From Rhodospirillaceae bacterium (GTDB lineage: Bacteria > Pseudomonadota > Alphaproteobacteria > SHVP01), in contig PBKD01000004.1 in assembly GCA_002722055.1 (NCBI GenBank), positions 7,049 through 71,048 of the forward strand: a stretch of 64,000 nt of DNA, written 5' to 3'. Position numbers and translations under genes: made by a program. The first letter of the stretch is position 1. Each line of letters opens with the position of its first letter. Shown here in pieces: positions 31,300 to 41,088 of the stretch. The notes below the pieces were generated by a model, which saw nothing but the letters and a program-made list of their open reading frames with translations, ran no database searches and was not told the origin of the DNA.

Positions 31300-32049
31300 T
31301 TACCCTCTCAATTTATTTAAAGTCTCATCAGAAATATCAAAATTACTACTTACTGTTTGAACATCATCACTCTCTTCCAAAGTCTCAAAAATTTTAAGAA
31401 CTTTTTCAGCGGTTTCATTATCAACTTTAATGAGATTTTTTGGTTTCCATATTAATTCAGCAGAAATATCATCTGATATTTTTGTTTCCAGAGAGTTACG
31501 AAGATTATAAAAATTTTCCTGTGTTGTGATAAATTCATAGTATTCTTCTGTATCAATAACTTCTTCTGCACCTAATTCAATAGCTAGTTCGAACATTTTA
31601 TCAGAATCTTTTTCAGATGTTTTTACCCTTATCGATCCTACTCTATCAAATTGAAAAGCAACTGAGTTGGTCTCACCCAAAGTACCCCCATATTTTACAA
31701 AAGCCGCTCTTACCTCACCTGCTGTTCGATTTCTATTATCAGTAAGCGCATCAACGATGAAGGCAACCCCTCCAGGAGCATAACCTTCGTACCTTACTGA
31801 CTCAAAATTTGAGCCAACACCTGAATTAGTGCCACGATTTATTGCTTTTTCCATTGTATCTTTAGGCAAATTACCTGATTTAGCAGCAGAAATTGCCGAT
31901 CTTAGCCTTGGGTTAGCACTTGGATCAGCACCTCCTTCTTTGGATGCTACAGTTAATTCACGTATTAGTTTTGTGAAAACTTTAGCTCTTTTTGCATCTT
32001 GAGCACCTTTGCGGTACATTATATTTTTGAATTGCGAGTGACCAGCCAT
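31300..32049 (-). CDS. yebC: YebC/PmpR-family DNA-binding transcriptional regulator
   Basis: 'MAGHSQFKNIMYRKG...' is the canonical YebC N-terminus. Sits upstream of ruvC, as in many bacteria. Confidence 0.9.
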   Translation of the reverse strand: MAGHSQFKNIMYRKGAQDAKRAKVFTKLIRELTVASKEGGADPSANPRLRSAISAAKSGNLPKDTMEKAINRGTNSGVGSNFESVRYEGYAPGGVAFIVDALTDNRNRTAGEVRAAFVKYGGTLGETNSVAFQFDRVGSIRVKTSEKDSDKMFELAIELGAEEVIDTEEYYEFITTQENFYNLRNSLETKISDDISAELIWKPKNLIKVDNETAEKVLKIFETLEESDDVQTVSSNFDISDETLNKLRG

Positions 32050-32121
32050 AATATTTATCTTATTTTATATGATTAAATTTTAAAATATAATTTAACATAG
32101 TAATAAAATTAAAACATCATA

Positions 32122-32934
32122 CTAAGTTGGCCATTCTTCATTTAGTCTTCCCCCAAGTCTCAAAGGTGTAATTTTTTTTGCCAAACCTGTCTCTTCACTT
32201 GTTTCAATTACGACACCACATATCGTTGCATCCCCACCAGCAGGCCTAAATCTATCTTTTGAAATTTTTCCTAAAAACCTATTTATAGGAACATCCTTTT
32301 GCATACCTATTACTGAATTATAATCACCACACATACCAGCATCCGTCTGGTAAGCAGTTCCTTTATCTAAAATTTGCGAATCTGCAGTAGGTATTTGTTG
32401 ATGAGAACCTATAACAGCTGATACTCTTCCGTCAAGAAATTGCGCCATTGCCATTTTCTCACTAGTAGCTTCAGCATGAAAATCAACAAAAATTAAATCT
32501 ACTGTTTTGCCTAGATTAGATGATTTTAAACAATCATCTACACTTAAAAATGGATTTTCAATGGGTTTCATAAAAACCTGACCAATAAGATTTATTATTA
32601 AAATTTTCTTACCATCAAAAGTATTATAAAAATAATAACCTCTACCGGGTGTTCCCTTAACATGATTTAATGGTCTTAGAAGCCTTGGTTCCTTTTCAAT
32701 ATACTCTATTATTCCTGATTGATCCCATGAATGGTTGCCCCCTGTGATTACATCTATACCAGAATCAAAAAATTGTTTACAAATTTCGGAAGTAATACCA
32801 AAACCTCCAGCAGCATTCTCCCCATTGACTATAACAATATCGAGTGAAAGTTTATCTCTTAACATAGGTATTGAGTTAATTACTTTCTCCCTTGCAACTT
32901 TTCCAACAACGTCTCCTAAAAAAAGTAACTTCAA
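32122..32934 (-). CDS. YmdB-like metallophosphoesterase (TIGR00282 family)
   Basis: 'MKLLFLGDVVGKVAREKV', 'GENAAGGFGIT' and 'GNHSWDQ' are calcineurin-like metal ligands of the YmdB class. Confidence 0.75.
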   Translation of the reverse strand: MKLLFLGDVVGKVAREKVINSIPMLRDKLSLDIVIVNGENAAGGFGITSEICKQFFDSGIDVITGGNHSWDQSGIIEYIEKEPRLLRPLNHVKGTPGRGYYFYNTFDGKKILIINLIGQVFMKPIENPFLSVDDCLKSSNLGKTVDLIFVDFHAEATSEKMAMAQFLDGRVSAVIGSHQQIPTADSQILDKGTAYQTDAGMCGDYNSVIGMQKDVPINRFLGKISKDRFRPAGGDATICGVVIETSEETGLAKKITPLRLGGRLNEEWPT

Positions 32935-33500
32935 TCTAGCCTCTCAAAATTCTCTTCTGTTACAACTATATCAAGCCTTTCATCATGTTCAGAAATAGGA
33001 ACAAAATTTACCCTCTGTATCTCTCTTCCAACACCAATCACAACAATCGTTTGACCCTTATTTTTCTTGAGATTAGTTATAGTAGTATCATAGTAACCAG
33101 CACCATATCCTAATCTACTTCCTTTTTTATCAAACCCTACTAAGGGAGTCAGTATTACATCTGGAACTAATAAGGGTTGATCACCCCATGGTTGAGATGT
33201 GCCAAATTTTCCAGGCCTAAGTGGATCGAAAGGACGCCACTTTCGAAAATTAAGAATTTTACTATAGGAAGTAACCTCTGGCAAACAAATCATACAACCA
33301 AATTTAAATAGTTTTGCAATAAGATATCTAGGATCTGCCTCATTTCTCATAGGCCAATAACCAGCTATTACTTTATCTTTAGAAAAAAAATAATTTTTTA
33401 ATAAATTATCAGATATAGCTTTGGGCTCCCAGGCTAATAGTGGATTCGCTTCTTTTAAAGATAATAATTTTAATCTTAGAGCTTTTTTGTTCAATTTCAC
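32931..33500 (-). CDS. 5-formyltetrahydrofolate cyclo-ligase
   Basis: About 189 aa with 'GYGAGYYD' and 'RLGYG', the 5-FCL signature. Sits in the conserved zapA-ssrS-ygfA arrangement. Confidence 0.8.
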   Translation of the reverse strand: MKLNKKALRLKLLSLKEANPLLAWEPKAISDNLLKNYFFSKDKVIAGYWPMRNEADPRYLIAKLFKFGCMICLPEVTSYSKILNFRKWRPFDPLRPGKFGTSQPWGDQPLLVPDVILTPLVGFDKKGSRLGYGAGYYDTTITNLKKNKGQTIVVIGVGREIQRVNFVPISEHDERLDIVVTEENFERLD

Positions 33501-33509
33501 ATCACTTAA

Positions 33510-33680
33510 CTTTTTCTTACACGGGACCGCAAAATCCGAAAATCATGATTTCTACCTTGGCCTACTAACAGTAGGTGGGTGCCGCGATATTAAGACCACA
33601 ATCCCAACAGAGACAGCTCCCAAGTGAGAAGAAACGGCCCGGGAGATATATTGCTTTTCCTGATTTGCAGTGCCCGCTAT
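33510..33680 (-). ncRNA. ssrS: candidate 6S RNA (SsrS)
   Basis: A 190-nt non-coding spacer between zapA and the 5-FCL gene is locally GC-enriched relative to its surroundings. Its 5' segment (CGGGCACUGCAAAUC) can pair with the 3' segment (GAUUUUGCGGUCCCG) to form a closing stem. The conserved zapA-ssrS-ygfA synteny supports the call. Ends are approximate. Confidence 0.5.
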
Positions 33681-33690
33681 TCACAAAGTA

Positions 33691-33999
33691 TTATTTATTT
33701 AACTTTGCCGCAACATCCAAAATTCGCTTAGTTGCAATATTTAAAGATTGAGTTGCCTCAAAACTTAATTTAGAGGCCACTGGTGATGAATTTGATTCCT
33801 TAATATCATTTAACTCATCGGCTAAAAGTAGTGAAGCCATTAATATGAGTCTTGCATCACCTACCTGACCCATGGAAGCGACAAGATTTTTTACTATTTG
33901 ATTAACTTTGACAGAAAGTTCTGTTAGATGATCTTCTTGACCATCGTCGCAGGCTATTTGATAACTTCTACCGTTAATATCTATATCTACAATTGCCAT
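33691..33999 (-). CDS. zapA: cell division protein ZapA
   Basis: 'MAIVDIDINGRSYQIACDDGQEDHL' is the ZapA N-terminal fold, with a coiled-coil C-terminus. Confidence 0.8.
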   Translation of the reverse strand: MAIVDIDINGRSYQIACDDGQEDHLTELSVKVNQIVKNLVASMGQVGDARLILMASLLLADELNDIKESNSSPVASKLSFEATQSLNIATKRILDVAAKLNK

Positions 34000-34003
34000 A
34001 AAT

Positions 34004-34321
34004 TTATTCCAAAACAGATTTTAATTTTTTTATAGTTTCGTCCAATCTATTAGAAAGTTTAGTAGTAACCAAAGAAAGAGAATTGTAATTTTCATTTGCC
34101 TCTAAGAGCTTTGATTTTAAATCATCTCGCTCTTTTTTTAAAACTGCTAAATCTTCAGTTTTTTCTGTAATTTTATTATTAGACTCAATTTGATTATTCT
34201 TTGAGCTTTCATCAACCATTTGGTCAACTAACTTTTCCAAGTTGAACAAGGCCTCCTCAAACTTTTCTTTAGATTTTTCAAATTCAGACAATTCCAACTC
34301 CAAAAAAGATACAATAACCAA
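34004..34321 (-). CDS. coiled-coil protein upstream of zapA (ZauP/ZapB-like, DUF4164-like)
   Basis: A 105-aa, almost entirely heptad-repeat protein lying 4 nt upstream of zapA. It has the same position and character as Caulobacter ZauP. Confidence 0.5.
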   Translation of the reverse strand: MVIVSFLELELSEFEKSKEKFEEALFNLEKLVDQMVDESSKNNQIESNNKITEKTEDLAVLKKERDDLKSKLLEANENYNSLSLVTTKLSNRLDETIKKLKSVLE

Positions 34322-34490
34322 ATAAATTATAAAAAAACTATTTTAAAAAAAAATCTTATTTTATCTTACCTCAATCCTGATATTATTCAATAAAAGTCAT
34401 TTATCAAGTTTTCTTTGTTGACGATATTGAAATCTGAAGTCATTTTTAACAAGTCTATTTTGATAAATTATGAATTAAAAAGGTTTAAAT

Positions 34491-36473
34491 ATGTCAGAAC
34501 ATCCTATTGAAGAACGTGTTTTAGCAAATGCAATAAGATTTTTATCAATGGATGCAATAGAAAAGGCAAAATCTGGTCATCCTGGTTTACCAATGGGTTT
34601 CGCGGATGTCGCAACTGTACTTTTCTTAAATCATATGAAATTTGATCCCAAAAAACCTCGCTGGCCAAATAGAGATAGGTTTGTATTATCCGCCGGACAT
34701 GGATCAATGCTTTTGTACTCGCTTCTATATCTTTTGGGATATGAAGATATGACTATTGAGGAGTTAAAGTCATTTCGGATGCTCGGGAGTAAAACACCTG
34801 GACACCCTGAATACCAGATCACACCTGGCATTGAGACGACAACTGGCCCTTTGGGCCAAGGAGTAGCTAATGCTGTTGGAATGGCTATATCCGAGAGAAT
34901 CTTGAACTCAAGATTAAATGACTCAGTAGTTAACCACTTTACATATGTTGTTGCAGGAGATGGTTGCTTAATGGAAGGTATTAGTCATGAAGCTAGCTCA
35001 TTAGCGGGGCACCTAGGTTTATCAAAATTGATAATGTTTTTTGATAATAATGGTATTTCTATTGACGGATCTATAGACCTAACTAACTCTGAAAAAACCC
35101 TTCTAAGATATGAATCCCTTAACTGGCATGTTCAAGAAATTGATGGCCACAATCCTAAAGCAATAGATATAGCAATTAAGAAAGCAAAATTGGATAAAAG
35201 ACCATCATTTATTTCATGTAAGACAATAATTGGATATGGTGCGCCGAACAAACAGGGCTCAAGTGGTGTTCATGGATCACCTTTAGGTAAAGATGAGATA
35301 ATTAATGCAAGGCAATTATTAAACTGGAAAAATGAACCCTTTGATATTCCAGATGTTATTTTGAATGCATGGCGAGATGCAGGGGGGAAAGGTTCTAAAT
35401 ATTCAGAACTTTGGGAATCTAAATTTAAGCTTCTAAAACCAGAAGAAAAGAAATTATTTGATAAAATAGAAAATTTGGACCTAAATATTATTAATAAAAT
35501 AATAGCCCCCTATAAAAAAAGCATGTCAAAAAAATTGCCAAGTATTGCTTCTAGAAAAGCCTCTCAAGAAGTTTTGGAAATTTTTTATGATTCCTTACCA
35601 AATTTGATTGGTGGCTCTGCCGATCTAACAGGTTCTAACAATACTAAAACAAACAAAATGGAAATTATTTCAAAAGAATCCTTTAATGGAACTTACATTC
35701 ATTATGGTGTGAGAGAACATGCAATGGCAGGCATCATGAATGGTATAGCTTTACATGGAAACCTTATACCTTATGGAGGCACTTTCCTAGTATTCTCTGA
35801 TTATTTAAAGCCATCCTTAAGACTTTCATCGCTTATGCAACAACAAGTTATTTATGTTTTATCCCATGATTCTATTGGGCTAGGAGAAGACGGACCGACA
35901 CATCAACCTATTGAACACTTAGCTTCTTTAAGAGCAATTCCAAATGTATTAGTTTTTAGACCTGCAGATGTAATTGAAACTGCTGAATGCTGGGCACTGG
36001 CTATTCATTCAAAGAATTCTCCATCAGTAATTGCGTTGACTAGACAAAACCTTGATACTTTAAGGAAAAGCCACGATGAATTAAATTTATGTAGATTTGG
36101 CGCTTACGAAATATCAGCCTCAAAGAAAAAAGCTAATTTATCTATTTTATCAAGTGGCTCTGAAGTATCTATTGCAATTAAAGCCAAAGAAATTCTCGAA
36201 GAAGAGGGTGTTTATTGCAGAGTGGTATCTTTCCCTTGTCAGGAATTATTTGATCTACAATCAGATGAATATAAAAAAGAAATATTACAACCTGAAACTA
36301 AGAAAATTGCTATTGAGGCTGGAATCAAAATGAGCTGGGATAAATACTTGCAGAATAATGATCATTTCATAGGCATTGAAACTTTTGGAGAATCAGCGCC
36401 TTACAAGGATCTTTATGATCATTTTGAAATAAATGTAGATAAAATTCTTTCTATCGCTAGGAATAAAACTTAG
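34491..36473 (+). CDS. tkt: transketolase
   Basis: TPP-binding 'GHPG', '[13 protein letters not shown]' and a transketolase C-domain. 660 aa. Confidence 0.95.
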   Translation: MSEHPIEERVLANAIRFLSMDAIEKAKSGHPGLPMGFADVATVLFLNHMKFDPKKPRWPNRDRFVLSAGHGSMLLYSLLYLLGYEDMTIEELKSFRMLGSKTPGHPEYQITPGIETTTGPLGQGVANAVGMAISERILNSRLNDSVVNHFTYVVAGDGCLMEGISHEASSLAGHLGLSKLIMFFDNNGISIDGSIDLTNSEKTLLRYESLNWHVQEIDGHNPKAIDIAIKKAKLDKRPSFISCKTIIGYGAPNKQGSSGVHGSPLGKDEIINARQLLNWKNEPFDIPDVILNAWRDAGGKGSKYSELWESKFKLLKPEEKKLFDKIENLDLNIINKIIAPYKKSMSKKLPSIASRKASQEVLEIFYDSLPNLIGGSADLTGSNNTKTNKMEIISKESFNGTYIHYGVREHAMAGIMNGIALHGNLIPYGGTFLVFSDYLKPSLRLSSLMQQQVIYVLSHDSIGLGEDGPTHQPIEHLASLRAIPNVLVFRPADVIETAECWALAIHSKNSPSVIALTRQNLDTLRKSHDELNLCRFGAYEISASKKKANLSILSSGSEVSIAIKAKEILEEEGVYCRVVSFPCQELFDLQSDEYKKEILQPETKKIAIEAGIKMSWDKYLQNNDHFIGIETFGESAPYKDLYDHFEINVDKILSIARNKT

Positions 36474-36503
36474 TATGAAACTTATAAATTTTGGGAGTAG
36501 TCA

Positions 36504-37508
36504 ATGGTAACTAGAATAGCAATAAATGGTTTTGGAAGAATTGGCAGATTAGTACTGAGAGCTTTAGAAGAATCAAAAAGAAAAGACCTAAAAGTTATAG
36601 CTATAAACGACCTAGGCTCAGCAGAGTTTAATGCTCATCTTTTCGAATATGATAGTAACCATGGAAAATTTAATGGTAATATTAATGTTTCTCGTAACTC
36701 ATTCATCATAGGCTCAAATCAAATAAAAGTTTTCTCAGAACGAGATCCAAAAAACCTTCCTTGGAAAAAATTAAAAATTGATATACTTCTTGAATGTACA
36801 GGAATTTTTACAAAAAGGGCTGATGCAATAAAGCATATTTCAGCTGGAGCGAAAAAAGTTCTTATATCAGCTCCCGCATCAGATGAAGATTTGACTGTTG
36901 TTTTTGGTGTAAACCACAAAAAAATTAAAAAGAATATGCAGATCGTTTCTAATGCATCATGCACGACTAACTGTCTGGCACCTGTGGCGCAGGTTTTAAA
37001 TAATTCTATTGGAATCAATTATGGTTTTATGACTACCATTCATGCATATACAGGGGATCAAAATGTTCAAGACACACTTCATTCGGATATGCGAAGAGCC
37101 AGAGGAGCGGCCCAATCAATGATACCAACATCTACTGGTGCTGCTAAAGCAGTTGGTTTAGTGCTTCCTGAACTTAAAGGCAAATTAGACGGAACCGCTA
37201 TCAGGGTTCCAACAGCGAACGTATCGCTTATTGACTTTAAATTCACCGCAAAAAGAAATACCTCCATTGATGAAATTCATAAAATAATAAAAAAAGCTTC
37301 AAAATCTTCACTGAAAGGAATTATGCAAGTTAGTGATAAACCTCTTGTTTCATGTGACTTTAATCATAACTCTGCTAGCTCTAATTTCGATCTCACTCAA
37401 ACACAAGTTATGGGAAAAAGATTATGCAGGGTTTTATCATGGTATGATAATGAGTGGGGTTTTTCAAATAGGATGCTTGATACAGCTGCAATTATGGGGA
37501 AATTATAA
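36504..37508 (+). CDS. gap: glyceraldehyde-3-phosphate dehydrogenase
   Basis: 'INGFGRIGR' and the catalytic 'ASCTTNCLAP'. Confidence 0.95.
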   Translation: MVTRIAINGFGRIGRLVLRALEESKRKDLKVIAINDLGSAEFNAHLFEYDSNHGKFNGNINVSRNSFIIGSNQIKVFSERDPKNLPWKKLKIDILLECTGIFTKRADAIKHISAGAKKVLISAPASDEDLTVVFGVNHKKIKKNMQIVSNASCTTNCLAPVAQVLNNSIGINYGFMTTIHAYTGDQNVQDTLHSDMRRARGAAQSMIPTSTGAAKAVGLVLPELKGKLDGTAIRVPTANVSLIDFKFTAKRNTSIDEIHKIIKKASKSSLKGIMQVSDKPLVSCDFNHNSASSNFDLTQTQVMGKRLCRVLSWYDNEWGFSNRMLDTAAIMGKL

Positions 37509-37514
37509 AAAGCA

Positions 37515-37883
37515 ATGGCAAAGTCATTGTTAGTAAATAAACCTTTTATTATCAACTCTTTTGACCAAGCTAAAAAAGCTATACAACAGAATTTAGGATC
37601 AAGTGTATCCCTTGTTTCTTCACATAATTCAACTCGAAACTCTGGCCCGTCTTATTTTATTAATCTTAAAAATGAACTAGACAATATATATAAAGGGTTA
37701 AAAATTACTATGTGGATAGACTGTGGGCAAGACCCAGGCTTAGTAATGAATACTATTCGACATGGGGGTAAGAATATTATTTTTAGCAACCCTAAAATTA
37801 ATGAAATCTACGAAATGGCAGTTATAGAAAATGTAAAAATGATTGATTCAATTTCAGATGTAATAGACTTATCCAAAAATTAA
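37515..37883 (+). CDS. hypothetical 122-aa protein in the pgk slot, possibly a degenerate relic of the phosphoglycerate kinase N-domain
   Basis: Intact ATG ORF 6 nt after the gap stop. Faint Pgk-like strings ('LVSSHNSTR' vs Pgk 'VTSHLGRP', 'KPFIINSFD' vs 'KRVFIRADLN', 'IDCGQD' vs 'VDDCVG'), recalled from memory. The ORF lacks the whole ATP-binding C-domain. Confidence 0.35.
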   Translation: MAKSLLVNKPFIINSFDQAKKAIQQNLGSSVSLVSSHNSTRNSGPSYFINLKNELDNIYKGLKITMWIDCGQDPGLVMNTIRHGGKNIIFSNPKINEIYEMAVIENVKMIDSISDVIDLSKN

Positions 37884-37917
37884 ATTTAATATTAAATAAT
37901 AAATTATTATTACAAAA

Positions 37918-38943
37918 ATGGTGAGGGTGATGAATAATTCTAATCTTGAAAATATTGCAAAACTAATGGTTGCTCCAAGCAAAGGTATCCTGGCAGCTGA
38001 TGAGAGCACCGGAACGATAAAAAAACGATTAGATAGTATTGGGGTAGATTCTAATGAAAAAAATAGAAGAACATACAGGGAAATGCTTTTTACTGCCCCA
38101 GAAATTGAAAAATACATCAGTGCGGTTATATTATTTGACGAAACTTTAAGACAAGATAGTAGCAGCGGTAAAAAATTCACAAAAATACTTGAAGAAAAAA
38201 ATATCATTCCAGGGATTAAAGTAGATAAAGGGACTTGGCCGTGTCCAGGCTTTAATGAGTATCCTATTACTCAAGGTTTAGACCTTCTTAAGCAGCGATG
38301 CGATGAATACTATGAGTTAGGTGCAAAATTTACAAAATGGAGGGCAGTTATAAAAATTATCAATTCATTTACACCTAATGAAGTAATTGAAGCTAATGCT
38401 CTAGCATTAGCACTATATGCATCTACAGCACAAGAAAGTGGACTTGTGCCCATTGTAGAGCCTGAGGTGCTTATGGATGGAAATCATGAAATTGATACTT
38501 GCCAAAAAGTAACCGAAACAACACTAAGAATAGTATTTGATAAACTGAACCAATTTAATGTAAACCTAAATGCTATAGTGCTTAAACCAAATATGATAGT
38601 TCCAGGTTCAGATTCAGATCAAGATATTAATTATTCTGAAGTAGCTGATAAAACCCTATATATTCTATCAGCATGCGTACCTAAAAGTGTTCCAGGAGTA
38701 GCTTTTTTATCTGGAGGGCAAACTGAAATACAGGCTACAGAAAATTTAAATTATATGAATCAATCTACAAACTTACCATGGGAAGTTACTTTTAGCTACG
38801 GTCGAGCACTTCAACAAACGGCCTTAAATAAATGGGGAGGAAAGGATAGTAATATATTAAATAGCCAAAAAGCATTTATTCATAGAGCAAAAATGAATAG
38901 CTTAGCTCACGAAGGTAAATATATATCCGATCTTGAAACTTAA
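37918..38943 (+). CDS. fba: fructose-bisphosphate aldolase, class I
   Basis: 'GILAADESTGT', the Schiff-base lysine region 'VLKPNM', and 'LSGGQ'. An alternative start lies at 'MNNSN' (37930). Confidence 0.9.
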   Translation: MVRVMNNSNLENIAKLMVAPSKGILAADESTGTIKKRLDSIGVDSNEKNRRTYREMLFTAPEIEKYISAVILFDETLRQDSSSGKKFTKILEEKNIIPGIKVDKGTWPCPGFNEYPITQGLDLLKQRCDEYYELGAKFTKWRAVIKIINSFTPNEVIEANALALALYASTAQESGLVPIVEPEVLMDGNHEIDTCQKVTETTLRIVFDKLNQFNVNLNAIVLKPNMIVPGSDSDQDINYSEVADKTLYILSACVPKSVPGVAFLSGGQTEIQATENLNYMNQSTNLPWEVTFSYGRALQQTALNKWGGKDSNILNSQKAFIHRAKMNSLAHEGKYISDLET

Positions 38944-38954
38944 AATATTAGATT

Positions 38955-39581
38955 ATGGGAAAAAAATTTGGAATATACCTTATTACTCCTGAGAAAATAG
39001 ATTTAAAATATTTTATAGAAGATTTCGAGAAAGCAATTAAGACTAATCTCGTATCTTACGTACAACTTCGCTTAAAGAATTGCTCAGATGAAACCATCTT
39101 AAAAACTGCAAGCTCCTTACTAGAAATAACAAAAAAATTTAATGTACCTTTAATAATAAATGATCGACCTGATATTGCTCTAAAATCAGGTGCTAATGGA
39201 GTTCATATTGGTCAAAATGATTCTACAATTACTAAAGCAAGAGAAATTCTTGGTAATAAATTAATTATTGGATCGACATGTCACAATTCTATTGACCTTG
39301 CCTGTAAAGCAGTAAATTTAGGTGCTAATTACGTAGCTTTTGGAGCTTTCAATAAATCAACATCAAAAAAAATAGATTTTTATGCAGAGTTATCAATTTT
39401 AGAATGGTGGAAAAGAATTTCAAACACGCCTAGTGTTGCTATTGGAGGAATAACACCAAACAATTTTAAGGACTTAGTTACTTTTGGAGCAGATTATTTA
39501 GCTGTAATTTCATCAGTATGGAAACACCCTAGAGGACCAGCTTTCGCGTTAAATGAATATTTCAAAGAGATGCCAAATTAA
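38955..39581 (+). CDS. thiE: thiamine-phosphate synthase
   Basis: 'YLITPE', 'VQLRLKN', 'IINDRPDIA', 'GVHIGQND' and 'IGGIT' are TMP-TENI family motifs. Confidence 0.85.
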   Translation: MGKKFGIYLITPEKIDLKYFIEDFEKAIKTNLVSYVQLRLKNCSDETILKTASSLLEITKKFNVPLIINDRPDIALKSGANGVHIGQNDSTITKAREILGNKLIIGSTCHNSIDLACKAVNLGANYVAFGAFNKSTSKKIDFYAELSILEWWKRISNTPSVAIGGITPNNFKDLVTFGADYLAVISSVWKHPRGPAFALNEYFKEMPN

Positions 39582-39676
39582 GCATGGAATAATTTTATTA
39601 AAATCTTTCATAATGTTAGTTTGCAAATGGCACTCTTCTATACTAATAATACTTATTTAATTTTTGATATAAGAAT

Positions 39677-40240
39677 ATGAAAATACAAGTTAACCAAATT
39701 AAACCTGGAATAGTTATTGATTATAACAATACTCAATGGTTGGTTTTAAAAACCCAACACGTCAAACCTGGAAAAGGTGGGGCATTTAACCAGTTAGAGA
39801 TGCGTGATATAAGAAATGGAAGCAAAACAAATGTTAGACTTAGAACTCAAACTACCGTTGAAAAATTAAACACAAGTGAAGAAGAGTTTCAATACCTTTT
39901 CAATGATGGCGAAAAATATACATTCATGAATCCTGAAAATTTTGAGCAAATAGAATTAGATAAGTCCCTTATATCAAATAATTCTATTTATTTAAAAGAA
40001 GGTATGTCTATTAAGATTAATACTATTGAGAGTGAGCCTATTAGTATTTCACTTCCAGAGACTATGGTTTTTGAAGTTATCGAGTCGGAACCAGTTGTGA
40101 AGGGACAAACAGCGGCATCATCAAACAAACCAGCTGTCCTTGAAAATGGTTTAAGAGTAATGGTTCCTCCCTTTGTTGAGCAAGGCAATAAAGTTGTAGT
40201 TAATACGTCTGATGGGACATACTTAAAAAGGGCAGATTAA
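39677..40240 (+). CDS. efp: translation elongation factor P
   Basis: 'KPGKGGAF' loop bearing the modifiable Lys/Arg, with KOW-like and OB domains. 187 aa. Confidence 0.95.
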   Translation: MKIQVNQIKPGIVIDYNNTQWLVLKTQHVKPGKGGAFNQLEMRDIRNGSKTNVRLRTQTTVEKLNTSEEEFQYLFNDGEKYTFMNPENFEQIELDKSLISNNSIYLKEGMSIKINTIESEPISISLPETMVFEVIESEPVVKGQTAASSNKPAVLENGLRVMVPPFVEQGNKVVVNTSDGTYLKRAD

Positions 40241-40245
40241 ATCCC

Positions 40246-41031
40246 GTGAGCATTAAAACACCACTTATAAACGTGATGATTCTTGCTGTAAGAAAAGCAT
40301 CCAAACCAGTGTTAAGAGACTACGGTGAGATTGATCAGCTTAATACTTCAAAAAAAGGAACAGAAAGCTTTGTAAATAAAACTGAAATGAAGTTAAATAA
40401 AATTTTATTAGATGAACTAGTAAAAAGTAGACCAGAGTGGTCTTTACTATTTAGAGAGAATAACCTCAGAAAAGGAAAGGACGAGTTACATACTTGGGTT
40501 ATTGAACCTCTAGATGGGGTAAAAAATATATCTCATGGAATCCCCTATTTTTCTATATCTATTGCAGCGATGAATGAAAATGAAGTTGTAGCTGGGGTGA
40601 TATACGATCCCCTTAGAGATGAAATGTTTGTATCTGAGAAAGGCAATGGTTCATTTGTAAATGATAAAAGACTCAGAGTTTCAGCTAGAAAAAACATAAA
40701 GAATGCAATTTTTTCTTCTAACGCACCAAACGCTAGACATGATCCAGATAAAAAAATACACACAAGTTTTAAAAAAATTAAACACGATAATGGAGAAATT
40801 AGATTTTTAGGTTCTTCCGCCTTAGATTTTGCTTACGTTGCCGCAGGAAGACTAGATGGTTTATGGCATAATTGTCTAGATTTTTGTCAGATTGCTGCTG
40901 GATCACTAATTATTTCTGAAGCAGGGGGCATGGTAAACATAAAGAATAACGACACTCAACTATCATTTAAAAAAGATATCATAGCCGGTAATGTTGAATT
41001 ATATACAAAACTTCTATCAATATTGAAATAG
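40246..41031 (+). CDS. suhB: inositol monophosphatase-family protein (SuhB-like)
   Basis: 'WVIEPLDGVKNISHGIPYFSISIA' and 'FLGSSALDFAYVAAGRLDG' IMPase motifs. Confidence 0.8.
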   Translation: MSIKTPLINVMILAVRKASKPVLRDYGEIDQLNTSKKGTESFVNKTEMKLNKILLDELVKSRPEWSLLFRENNLRKGKDELHTWVIEPLDGVKNISHGIPYFSISIAAMNENEVVAGVIYDPLRDEMFVSEKGNGSFVNDKRLRVSARKNIKNAIFSSNAPNARHDPDKKIHTSFKKIKHDNGEIRFLGSSALDFAYVAAGRLDGLWHNCLDFCQIAAGSLIISEAGGMVNIKNNDTQLSFKKDIIAGNVELYTKLLSILK

Positions 41032-41088
41032 AAAGTATAAAATAAATAATGTTAAATTAAAATTAGGTTAAATTTAATAAATAATCAA

